Assembly (NCBI GenBank): GCA_964270895.1
Contig: OZ185435.1
Source of the DNA: Podarcis filfolensis
Taxonomy: Eukaryota
Direction: 5' to 3' (one strand)
DNA length: 64,000 bases
Shown: positions 1 to 12,225 of the stretch, piece by piece
Layout of the letters: each line of letters starts with the position of its first letter
Numbering within the stretch: position 1 is the stretch's first letter
Position numbers and translations under genes: made by a program
Notes under the pieces: model-generated
Seen by the model: only the letters and a program-made list of their open reading frames with translations
Told to the model about the DNA's origin: nothing
The model's database searches: none

Positions 1-39
1 GATTGCAAAAGATACAGAATATGGAAAGAATATGGAGTA

Positions 40-90
40 TACAGATAGGAACATAAGAAGAGCCCTGTTGAATCAGGCCAAATGCCTGTG
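40..90 (+). mobile_element. CR1-type 3'UTR stub
   Basis: ataggaacataagaagagccctgttgaatcaggccaaa; similar stub at about 27690-27790. Confidence 0.55.
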
Positions 91-330
91 AAAATCAATT
101 GTGCATTTTGAAAGCAGCACATAAGCTAGTTTATTTAATTATTCTCATCATGCAGGAACTATTAAAATATCTTACAGTTCTCCTGATGATTTCCTACTTA
201 GAAGCCTAAGCTAAGGACACATATTAACTAGGATACACATATTAACTGAAGGAAAACAAAAAAATGGCCATACCATAGACAGATTTATGGGGTAGTTTTC
301 TACCTAAAGCTTGACATCCCCTGTGGTGCA

Positions 331-626
331 GTTTGTCTGTCATACTAAGCCAAACCATGACTAAGCATGAACAAGCAAGTATGCAGTACGTGGAATAAAA
401 ATCACAACCACTTGGCTTCTCCTCAGTCCTGCTTCTATGCTCTTTGGAGCTAAGACATGGTTTGGCTACCTGGGCTTATGCTTACACACACCCACACCCC
501 GAACCAAATAAACCCAGACGTTAGCCGAGCACAAACCCTGGCTACATCTTGTGGCTTGTGTGGAGCAGATATATTTTTTTCAGATAACCCACCATGTTAG
601 ACTTAGTGTTGTGTCTGAACCAGACC
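331..626. mobile_element. Old MITE (Harbinger-like termini)
   Basis: agccaaaccatg / catggtttggct inverted arms; end ttagtgttgtgtctgaaccagacc. Confidence 0.4.
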
Positions 627-1955
627 TATAGAACTTCTGTCACAAGCCGTGTGTGTTGTGTCAGGAGAATATCACTTTAATCTGCTTCCCTGGAGCAGTT
701 TTTGCTTGAAAAACCACGTGGGACATGTTAGCTAACACATTAATTTTTAAACAGAAACTAAGAATCTAACAGACAAGTTTTTGGGGGGTTGTTGTTTTAC
801 CCCATGTTGAATTTGCGTGTCCTAGGGTGGTGAAATGTTACAAAAATTCAGGTCTGCTTCTCTGGGTCAATCTTTGCTGTGAAATACCATTGGGGACAAT
901 TCCCCCTCCCAGTACATTAACATTGGTTGAGGGTGGGGCAGTGCCCCATTGGTGGGATTTTTTTTGCCTCCAGCACTTTTTCCTAATGGAATGAATACTG
1001 TAAATGATAAGGGACTGAAATTTAGGGACGCTGCATACTACTGTGCAACTGACAAACCAGCACTGTGTTGTAGGTCTATTTCTGTATGAATTCTGCAATG
1101 AAAAGTGCACCCAGGGTAAATGTCAACCCTGTTTTTCATAACTAACTGACAACTTGGCTATGGGAATCATGTATTTGACTCAGAAACCACATCTTCAGAA
1201 TCTTCTAGTTGGAGCTTGTTCTTTTTATAGGGGACTTGGAACTGACAACTTGTAAAGGATAACGGGTTTGTTCCATTTTGCAGGCACAGAAAAGCACTCT
1301 GTATTTAATAGACACTAAGCATTCCCTGTCCTGCTTGAGAACTTATTGTAATACAGAGACCACTTTATCTGTTCAAGGACAATAATTTATTTGTACATAG
1401 CAGTGAGAGTCTTCAGCCACACAGTACAACTGCATAATTTCATACGTTGTGTTTAATTCTGTTATTTCACCATGACTATATTTGTCTTGCTGGTTTTTGT
1501 TCACAGTTAGGAAGTCAACCTGATAAGCATCAGAAACTCATGACCAGCTGTGTTATGCCTTTGTCTTTTTATCGTGCTCTGAAATTTTATGCACAGTCAA
1601 TGCAGTTGAGGGGAAAAACACTGTTTTCCTTGCTGGCTGGCTGTCCTACACAAACACATGCAGATATTCCTCCTGGCTGATACTGGGCCTTGGGGAGGTC
1701 TTTAAATTTAAGTGCCTTCTGGACACTTAACTGTGTTGGAGATCTCTGCAGAAACAATTAAGTGGAGAAAATAACTTCTGTAAGGCCAGACCGCTTGAGA
1801 TATGATTATTGGCAAAGTGTGTTTCCTTTGGGGTTGATAGTTTTCAGAATCAATTTGATTCCCAAGTCCTTACCAATTTGTTTTGTTGCAGTTCTGTATG
1901 AGAAGCAAGGAATGAATTAATTACATTTTTAAAAAGTTACCCATTGCCTATACTA

Positions 1956-2088
1956 AGGGCTTTTTTCAGCCAGAACTCGCTGGAACTCAGTTCCGGCACC
2001 TCTTGGGTGGGCGCCATTGCCATTATAAGAGAACCAGGGAGGTGTTCATGGTGAGTTCCGGCACCTCTTTTTCTGGAAAAATATTCTG
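1956..2088. mobile_element. hAT-type MITE
   Basis: agggcttttttcagccagaac...agttccggcacctct repeated twice...ttctggaaaaatattctg. Confidence 0.6.
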
Positions 2089-2929
2089 ATAATTGGCAGT
2101 GAATTTAAAATGATAACAAGACAATGTGTTCTCTGCGTACATCCTTGTGTTTTGAGTTCTGTAGTTTGGATTTGGCTGCTTGCATTATATGGCACCAGTA
2201 GCCATTGTTTCTAAAGGGCTAGAATAGGAATAGCTTTTTCTACAGTGTATTTATTATCAGGAAACAGTAAACTGTTTTGAGGTTTTTTGTTTTTGTTTTT
2301 GTAGTCAAGCAGTATATACATTATATTTAATAAAAAGCAAATAAATAAGATAAAATAGGGCCAGACCCATTGCCTCTCCTGCTTTTTAGGTACACTACCA
2401 TTACGTGTTTACTGTCTAAAGAACAAGAAAGGCAAGTCTGATCAACCTTTTTGGCCATGTTTTCCTGCCTATGCTGTATCCTCCGTAAGGAAGCTCACCA
2501 GTGACTCCAAAATTGCTGTCTATAATTAGGTGCATGGCAAACCTGCCTGTGAAGGTGACCTCCCTAGAAGATTTTAAAGCCCAGCCAGGCTCCTACTGGG
2601 TGATATGGCCATATACGGCTTTATAGTTCATAACTAGCACTTTGAATTGTGACCAAAAATGAACCAGTAGCCAGTGCAGCTGTTGTCACAATGAGCTTCT
2701 CTTCTCCTTGTAACTGGCTTGGGTCAGCTATTTGGACGCAGCATCTTGGATCCACTGAAGTTTCCAAACACTTTTCAAAAGCACATTGCATTAATCTAAA
2801 CAGCATGTAACTAAGGATGAATGAATGAATGTAACTAAGGTGTGCATCATTGTAGCCAGATTGGACGGCTCCAGGAATAGGTGCAGCTGGCACACTAGTT
2901 TTAAATGTGCATGGATGATGTGTGTATAG

Positions 2930-3062
2930 TAGGCCTCCCCAGTCTAATGCCCTGTAGATGTTTGGGGCACACGCCCCATCTTTCCTGATTTTCAGCCATG
3001 CTGCCTGGGGCTGATGACAGTTGGCGTCAGAAACATCTGGAGGGCTCCAGGTTGGACAGCTG
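2930..3062. mobile_element. Palindromic hAT-type MITE
   Basis: ccctgtagatgttt...aaacatctggagggc...ggttgg inverted arms; same family as 10785-10923. Confidence 0.65.
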
Positions 3063-3327
3063 TGGTGATTTAGTGAATCTATGTGTATACGGTATCACTC
3101 TCTGGGATCAGTCTGGGCTGAAACAGCCCACTGTCAGGAGAAACTTCTGTATAACATGGTGGAGTCATTGAGAACCAGATCTGCTTTAGTCTTCAAAACC
3201 CCATCCTAGATTCAGTTTCTTAGTGACAGTTGCATGTGACCCATATATGTTTCAACCATGTACAGATGTTTGATATTTCTGTCTGACATAAATATGTTGT
3301 GAAAATACTATTCATTATTCTTTGCAG

Positions 3328-3459
3328 GCAAGATGGTTCTGGGAAGCTTACTTTCAATCAATGAAAGCTATTGCTTTGGCAACCCTCAAGATTATCAATG
3401 ACAGGATCTACCCATATGCTGCCACATCATATGAAGAATGGAATGATCCCCCAGCAATT
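3328..3459 (+). CDS. EXT2: Exostosin-2 internal coding exon (human exon 8 equivalent, 132 bp, phase 0/0)
   Basis: tttgcag|GCA...ATT|gtaagt; translates [44 protein letters not shown], recognisable EXT2 sequence. Confidence 0.97.
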
Positions 3460-4547
3460 GTAAGTAGAGCTATATTTCTATTAAATTTAATATGCTGGGC
3501 CTCTTCAAAAACAGACTCCCATTGTGATCTGCTGATATTTTATATTTTGCTGGTAAACACAAATTTCACTTAACTTTTTCCAAAACATAGCCTAAAGGGA
3601 AATATTTGTGTATTAGCTTGCTACACTATTTCTCTTTTTCTCTTAAAATGGGAGTCTTAAGCTATTGTCGTATGTTAGAAGTCTAGTTTTGACCATTGCA
3701 AACAGTTCTTAAAATAAGTGCACTGCATTTCTGCTTTAAGAAATTTGAACTACTTGTTAGCAGAGGCACTTCCAAGAAAGTGGCTGGGAAAGCTTTTTGA
3801 CTGAGAATAGTAAATGTTGGACTCAGGATGGCAAATGAGTGATTGCTGTTTGTTCAGTAGGCATGCTCTGTCTGACAATAGAAACTGATTATTATTGCTG
3901 AATTTTGGTGATTGTACTGCTATTCCATGATTACATTGCAAAAGGTAGGACATCTTACAAGCTTCTACTCCAGAGGGACTCTCCAGAGTAGATTTTGGGG
4001 GTGCTGCAGCAGGGAGGAAATGAAAGCAGAAGTCTTGTTGTGCAAGTTGAAGTCCTCTTTCACTCCATTGGATACAACCCAGTGTGCAGCAAAACAATAC
4101 CTGTGACTCCCCTCATCCTTTTAACTGAGAATTTTAATTTATTGGTTTACTACCCCTATGACACTTGCAGAGTCAAGGGAGTGTTCATATTTGTCAGTTT
4201 ATTGCATATTTAGGGAGTTGAGCACCATTGTACAAAATGTATGGCTCTGTTTTGTCATTGCTGTTCCAGTGTTCTCAAAAGGGGTGTCATAAATTGTAGT
4301 TTAACCACCACTATTTTAATAATTGCCAGGAGACCTGCTGTATGCAGAGCAATAAATGTACTTTCTCAGCAGACCTCCATTTTCTCTGTGACTGACTGCT
4401 AGAGAGCAACTTGGCTGTGAGACAGGAAAAGAGATGCCCTACTAAATGAAATAACAGATAAATAGTTCAAAGAATGGCTCATGTGTAAGTTAGAGTGAGA
4501 GAGCAGCTAGTGCAGAGAATGGTATGAAGGTTCTACTGCTGAAACTA

Positions 4548-4791
4548 GTTACAGATAGGTAGCCGTGTTGGTCTGCCATAGTCAAAACAAAAAAAAATTG
4601 TTTCTTTCCAGTAGCACCTTAAAGACCAACTAAGTTAGTTCTTGGTATGAGCTTTCGTGTGCATGCACGAAGAAGTGCATGTATCTGAAGAAGTGCATGT
4701 ATCTGAAGAAGTGTGCATGCACACGAAAGCTCATACCAAGAACTAACTTAGTTGGTCTTTAAGGTGCTACTCGAAAGAAAGAATTTTTTTT
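4548..4791. mobile_element. Penelope-like (PLE) non-autonomous palindromic insertion with 11-bp target-site duplication
   Basis: TSD tgctgaaacta at 4537-4547 and 4792-4802; perfect 59-bp inverted repeat 4610-4668 / 4713-4771; termini resemble reptile PLE pseudo-LTR ends (gttacagataggtagccgtg..., ...gaaagctcatacc...ggtgctact). Confidence 0.8.
4699..4736 (+). ncRNA. Minimal type I (dimer-type) hammerhead ribozyme motif of PLE origin
   Basis: GTAT (helix I) - CTGAAGA core - extra A - GTGTG CATG CACAC (helix II) - GAA - AGCT (palindromic helix III) - C (predicted cleavage after 4732) - ATAC (pairs GTAT). Activity untested. Confidence 0.7.
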
Positions 4792-7529
4792 TGCTGAAAC
4801 TAAGCAGCTCTTCTACTATAAGCCATCTTGGGGAAAGATTGCTTGGGACCAATATGTCAGTTGCTCTGAGCAACTCAGGGAGAGCCGATTACACAAAGAT
4901 ACTGCTATCTAAATGCTTGTTATAAAAAAATTCACTTATCCAAACACAAGGAATTAGTACCGAAACCATGCTATACACGCTACAGATTCAGATACCCGAA
5001 CAGCTGAACCTGTCATATATTCTCCTACCTCATGTCAAATGTAGCGTCCCTAATATGTTGTCTGTTCTAGTCTAAGCAGTTTGCCTTAGTCGTGTAAAGT
5101 TAAGTTATAGAAGGTTTTGAAAAACTCTCCTGCTTTTCTCAAAGGACTGATCTTGAGAGGGTTTTAAAAAACAAAACAAAACACCCATGAGTTTTATTAG
5201 TGTCCAGTGGGTTTAGATGTCATGATGATGGATATCAATACTGTATTATTATATCGAGCCATCGTGTTAGCAGTGGTCTGAGAAAAGCATTTTATATAAA
5301 AACTAAAGCTATGCCTGTTGCCATGAGTACTTTAACTTACCAAACATACTGTTTGGAAAAGATTTTACAGTGCATCAGCTGAATATCTTTCAGAAATGTT
5401 TCCAGGTGAAATTTTATGGCATCTATCCTACAAAATGTAGGACAAGGTAACGACAAAGGCCTCTTAAGACCATACACTTTATAGCTATATGCAGCTTGAT
5501 TGAAGGTTTTGGCACAGAGGTAGCCCAAAAATGTTCACTTAAAGAAAACTGTATAGAACCATTTTAGTTTCAGATCACTTGACACTTCAACATATCAGTT
5601 AAAATATTGGAAATGTTCAAGTGTTTCTGTAGCTGGACACTTACCTGCTTATTTGAGGAGAATATATTTCCTTTCACATGAGTAACTTGTCAGACCTGAG
5701 AGACACCTCAATGAACAGCTATTAAAATAGCACAGGGTTTTTCTTTTGGACTGGCCAACAGATCTTTGTAGATCCTAGTCTGTTTGGACTAAGTAACAGG
5801 CGTAGTCGTTGTGTGAATGATGACTTACCTTTGGAGAAACTTGCCCCTAAAATTAATGGAGTAAATACAGAAACTGTTAAAAATGCACAGACACCATGGT
5901 GCTTAGATGTCAAGGCCATGCCAACATTTAGGTAGAAGCTAATTTTGTCGTTGCTAACAGCTGCTAAGTTTCTGTTAGTGGTAAATGAAAAAATGTAGAT
6001 TTGCTACCTATTACAGGTTGGTTTAACAAAACATGGAAACTCTCAGTCATGAAGAGATCTCAAACCAAATTAAAGGGGCATGAAATCCATACTCTACGGG
6101 TGACTTCTTTTTTAAGGCTCCCATTTCTTGTATGCGTAGACTCAGCAATAGCAATGCACAAAATACCATTGCACCTTAGTTCAATTTTTATTTTGTCATG
6201 GATAAGGATAGTAGAAAACTTGTTTTGTTTTTGTTTTTTACTGAACTTGGTCTTTCTGACCATTTATAGCCTGAAATGTAAATAAACTATAGTTTTTGCT
6301 TGGTTTATACACCTACTGCTGCCTCCACCCAAACTTCCACTGATCAGGTGTTGACAGGGAAGAGGAGTGGAGTGGAGGAGGATGCGACTGAACCCACCCC
6401 CCTTTCGCCTTTTAAACTAGCTGATCATCAGGATTTTCGTTTTAAAGAGAAGTTGCAAGTGCCTGCTTGGCTGCTGGGTTATTACAAAATGCTGGCTGAA
6501 AAGGGGGAAACAAATAAGCAATTGCTTGGCAAGTTTGAGTGCTAGTTTTAACCTAGGTAAACTAGAGTGCTTTGCTTATTGAAGAAGTGACTGATGATAT
6601 TCATTATGAAACTCAAATTCTGCATTAAGAGAAATTATGTTCAAGACATATTATGCAAATCAACACAGCATTAAGGGTTGGATCAAGACTTCCCCAGAAC
6701 AGAACTTTGCTAACTAGACACAACCTCAGGTTGAATAAAGGAGGCATTTTTCATTGGTTCTTCTTGCACCTCACTATGTCCCCTCAAAATCTGCTCTGGA
6801 AGGTTTGAGGACCCTACAGAATCATGTAAGAGGTTGGAGAGGTTGCAAAGGGAAGGAGAAATAGGTGTCAGGTTTTGCCACTCTCCTTTCCTCCAGTGGG
6901 AGCTGCCTCCTGGATTTACAGAAATTCTTTCTGTAAATAGAAGGAGCTCTTCAGGGAGAGCCGATTACACAAGTTGTGGATGGGAAGCATGGGGGGAAAT
7001 GTTGTCTCTATGCATTCAGTGGAAGTACATCCTGCTTACAGAACAAAATAAAATAAAGGTATTCCTTGTCAGGTAATTCAAAATAGAAACTGCATTGAGG
7101 TTACAATAGATTCTTAAAACACAGCCCCCCCCCAAACCACCACCCCCAAACCACCCTTCCTTGGAAAAATGATATAAGTATAATTTTAGTATTTAAAAAG
7201 TGTTGGAAAGAACATTTTAATCAATGTATCATTAAATCCTCCTTACTTCTTTCATAATAGTATTCTATTATGGTTCAAACAGAATATGATTTCACAAAGT
7301 AATAAAATATGGCTGCTGAGAAGAAAATTGTGGGAGGGAAGGAAAATAGCACTGCTTTTGTTCATGAGAACAGTAAAAAACTTTTATTATCACCATGTTG
7401 GCGATCTAGCAACGGGGGAGTAATATTCACCCTCATAGTGTGCACACCAGCATGTGGGCGAGACTGAAGGAGTGAGTAACCAGGAACAGGATCTTCAAAT
7501 TGTGTTGGCTAGCTCAACAAAAATGTCCT

Positions 7530-8010
7530 ATCACCTCAAAAAGGATCCAGAAAAAGTTCAGAAAAGTGGCAACCAAAATGATCAAGGGGTTAGGGCAAGG
7601 CACTATGAGGAAATACTACAACACTTGGGACTTTTTTAGTTTAGAGGAAAAGGCAACTAAGTGTGGACATGATCAAGGTGTATAAAATTGTGCATTGCAT
7701 GAAGAAAATGAGTGCTAGAACTCAAGGGCATTCAGTGAAGTTGGTCATCAGAAGATTCAGGAGAGACAAAAGAAGGTTCTTCTTCACACAGGTAAACTAT
7801 GGAATTTGCTCCCACAAGAGGCGATGATGGTCGCCAACCTGAACAGCTTTAAAAGAGGATCGGACAAATTCATGGAGGATCAGGCTATCAATAATGGCTG
7901 TTAGCTGTGTTGGAAGCAGCACACCCCTGAATACCAGTTCCAGGGAATCACATGTGGGGAATCACAGTTGTTGTGCTCAGATCCTGCTTGCAGGTTGCGC
8001 AGGCTGAGTA
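7530..8010 (+). mobile_element. CR1 LINE 3' fragment (degenerate RT C-terminus and 3'UTR)
   Basis: gaaaaagttcagaaaagtggcaaccaaaatgatcaagggg (LEKVQxRATKMIKG-like), ggacaaattcatggaggat. Confidence 0.85.
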
Positions 8011-9865
8011 GGCAGGTGGTCTTCATCTTCCTTCTGCACTCCAGTCTGTGCCAGCAAAGTGGCTCAGGAGCATTATTCTATCTTCTCTTTCTGTCTTGGG
8101 GATTTATTCCACTTGATTATTTATGCAACATATTTATATGTTGCCTTTGAAAATAAATTTAACATTACAATAGTGTTCTTTGACTTGGGTATTGTATTGT
8201 TGGCACATAACTTCTGTTGTATTTTTAATTGTTGTAATTGTGTTGGAGATAGAGTACAGATGTTTTCAGAAACAAACACTATAAATGATTGTACACTAAT
8301 CATTGGGAAATCAGTCATTCATAAGATTAGCCCCCCCCCCCCGCCTTATGAAGTTTTTCTCTTTCCATGTGGGGTGAGGTTCAGAGTCCTTCATATCTCA
8401 GGAGACGTGAATTCCATCATAATCTTTTTTGTGGGGCGGATAACTTTCTTCATTCTTTATTGAGTCTTAAAATAGTTTTAATACTGCATGCAGTTGAAGA
8501 AGAAGAAAGTTCACTTAGCCAAAGCAAAGGAAATAAATTCTCCAGTAGCAAATGGAAACTTTAAAATGTTTTTTTTTCTTCTTCTTCTAAATGGCAGTCT
8601 GACACAAATGAGTCGCTTCTTGTGGAGATGTTCCTTAAAAAAAAAATTCACCAAAAGTTAGGCCAGTTTCCCAGCCTCCCACTCAGGTTCTGGATCCCAG
8701 TGCTTTGGCTTCTTTTGCTGTCTGCGGAAAGGAGACCGCTGTCAAACAGCCAGGAATGCCAGACCGAGCAATGTGAGAGCCCTGTTGCATTGCAGAGTTG
8801 ACACTTGCAACTGGATATGGCTTGTACATAAAACTGATTCACGATAAATACCCTATCAGTCTTGGGTTAATTACTGTGGCTCCTGTAATGAATATTAGCT
8901 GGTTGAGCGTTGGGAAGGCTGGCGGCTGGGGGTGGGGAGTGAGTTAGAATTGTCTGAGCCATGGCTAAGTGTCAGCACTTTGTCAAAGAAAGTGATGGAT
9001 GATTACACCATCAGTACCAGTTGTGGGGAGTGTGTGAGAGAGAGTGAGAGAGATCAGTTGGTGATCTCCAATACAAGGCCTGGATGCACCTGAAACGAAT
9101 GTTGACTGATGCGTTTTCTATTGTTGGGAAGAACCATCCTTATGTCACCATCAATTTCATGCCCTGCTTCCATAATAGGGATTTAATTAGGCTTCTGTTG
9201 AGTTAATTACCTGCATTGTTTGCCTTTCTCCAACAGAAGTTTGTAAGACTCAAGTAAATCATGGAGGTTTGAATTTGCCCAATTTCCTGCCGAAAGTGAG
9301 GTCAAGAGGTCCCAGACTGTAGACACACTTTTCAGGCAGGCAGCAGGGGGTTGGCTCTTAATGGTGCTTCAGCAATGCCTAAATGCCCTTTTGAAATGTT
9401 ACTCTCAACTAAGGAAACTTGATTATTTTTGAGGTGGGGGCGTTCACTGTTGGATGTCAGAGTAGCAGAACATATTCTAGCTCAGCCATTCTTTACCAGT
9501 GTCTCAATTACACAGTGGGCTCCTTTCAACAAAGTGGCACAGCTGCCTAGATGCTACATTTCTTTATCTAGACTTAGAAATGTGTTGGATGTTAAATGTA
9601 CTATAAGAATTTCCATCATAGTACTAGTATCAAAAAGTAAAAAGTTGCTTTTTTGATATTGTTCATTTTGAAGGCAAACCTACTGGGATGAGTAGTAACT
9701 GGGGTCAGGCAATTTGCCTCATTTGCCATAGCCATGAATCAAAGCTGTAGTGCTGGAGCTCCAGCTATTGATTAGAGATTACTTAAAGGAAGCTTTTGAT
9801 TGCTTTGTTTCATTTGTCATTTGTCCGCCCTGCCCATCATTAGTTTCTGTGCTGCATTTGTAGTA

Positions 9866-10105
9866 CAGTGGTACCTCGGTTTAAGAACAGCCCTGTTTAT
9901 GAATGATTCAGTTTACGAACTCCGCACAACCAGAAGTAGTGTCCTGGTTTGCAAACTTTACCTCGGTCCAAGAACGGAATCCGAACGGTGGAAGGGCACC
10001 AGCGGCGGGGGCCTCATTAGGGAAAGTGTGCTTCGGTTTAAGAACGGTTTCGGTTTAAGAACGGACTTCCGGAACGGATTAAGTTCGTAAACCATAGTAC
10101 CACTG
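9866..10105. mobile_element. 240-bp Tc1/mariner(pogo)-type MITE
   Basis: TA|CAGTGGTACCTCGG...CCATAGTACCACTG|TA terminal inverted repeats with TA target duplication; no ORF. Confidence 0.9.
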
Positions 10106-10784
10106 TATATACATGTAATGATTAGCAGATGAACGGTAAAAGACAAGAGCCAAAGAACAACTTACATATGAGTAGGCATCCCGTCTTGTTTTAAGTGGTA
10201 AATAAGCTCCCCAACTTGCCATTGCAGGCACAAAGCTTGAAAGAATGCCACTTTTAATGTTTTGTCCAGACATTGTAAAAAATATTGTAGGAAACACCAT
10301 ACCTTTCCAGAGACAGAGGGAAAGAGAGAGACTAGTTTTTCCCAAAAAATGTGTATTTTTCTAATCATTTCTTCCTGGTATACGACTGCACCATTTTATA
10401 CCCATTGTCATTCACACACCAGTAATCTCCTGACTGAACTACTCTAACATGCTGTACCCAGAGCTGTCCATTGACCTTGCTATGCCATTAAATGATTCAA
10501 AATTGTGCTGTATGACAGTTTTCTGAGACGGCACTTATTACTCTGGTTTTATTTAATCTACAGTGACTCCCTAGTCATGCTGCTGGTTACTACTATTTAA
10601 AAGTCCTAAATGCAGTGGAGGACGCTGTGATTGCTCCACATTTAAAAAACTATATAAAAAAACTTGGTGCCCAGGTAAAATTAGTGTATGGGAGGATCTA
10701 GCAAAACTCTATGGCAGACAAGATCTAAATCACTTTCCTATGAACATTAGTAGATGACTGCATCACAGTAAGCCTTCCGCTCCA

Positions 10785-10923
10785 GCACTGTTCAAACTAT
10801 TGCCGTGTTCTGTAGTGTTTTGTACTACAGCTCCCATCATCTCCCATCATGGGCCATGCTTACTGGGGCTGAAGGGAGTTGAAATCCAAAACTTCTGGAG
10901 GGCCAGTAGGTTGGGCAAGGATG
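10785..10923. mobile_element. Palindromic hAT-type MITE
   Basis: gtactacagctcccatc...gggagttgaaatccaaaacttctggaggg...ggttgggcaagg. Confidence 0.6.
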
Positions 10924-11910
10924 GTCTCTTCAGGACACACACCCCTTCCAGCTGCCCCTGATGGTTGGGAGATTCCCTAGAGCACTATTCAACAAAGTGT
11001 GAGTGGTTCTTGTTGGAAGTGAAAATTGAGAATATCCGTATGTGCAACAAAATTATTTAGCTGCATATCAGACTCTGTTGATCCTAGCCAATTTGTTACA
11101 ATGTCCTATGCAAGGGTGAAGTTAATGCCCTAGTTTTTCATAGGCCTAGATTTTTTAAAAACATTCTGCTTTCCCCCTATCTATATTCTTTAATGTTAGT
11201 CTTTGATTGTGTCACTGGGAAAAGAAATGTATACTACAAAATGCATTCTGTTGGGACTCTACATTTTGGCTCTACTGTGCCTTATCTGCATCTCTGCCAG
11301 CTAAATTGGCTTCCTTATGATGGTAAAATAAGTCTTTTAAAAGTATTTAGGGAACATTAGGTGGAGTAAATAACTAAAGTTGATCTTTGTCTCTTTTCTT
11401 GTTTTTTAAAATGCTTGAAAGGTAGACTGTTTAAAACCATAGAACAAGCCTATTTTTGTTGAAGGTTGCTTTTTTATCCTTCTGTATTGAACCAAGAGTA
11501 TGTTTTCCTTTTTATTTGTGCCCATTTTATGTCAGGTTTATTAATTTGCCTCTTTTTACTTCATTTCCCCCCAGAAACTGTGGCACTAGGCTGGTTTTCT
11601 GTTTGTTGGCCTAGTCTGAATTCATATAAAGATTAAGCTTCCTTTTGGGAAGAGAGGTGTGGGGAAGAAGCAAGCCAGGGTAGCCGAATCTTTCTGGTTT
11701 TCCAGTAATCTGTCTTTTATTCTCCGGTATACCTGAACGTACTTGATAGTTTTTATTATGACTTGAACAAATGCATAGAACATATTTATATTTAACAGAG
11801 ATTGGTGTTCTATCACAAAAAGAGTCTTTCAAAGACCAGTTTTCCCTCTAAAATGCTTACTTTGTTGGTGTGCTGATCTGGACCTAATGATGGAAATTGC
11901 ATTCAGTTGA

Positions 11911-12225
<315 letters not shown>

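Noticed and set aside
3011-3034. CTGATGA...GAAAC as another hammerhead
   Set aside because: The intervening cagttggcgtca cannot form helix II and there is no helix I/III partner; it is a mutated hAT MITE
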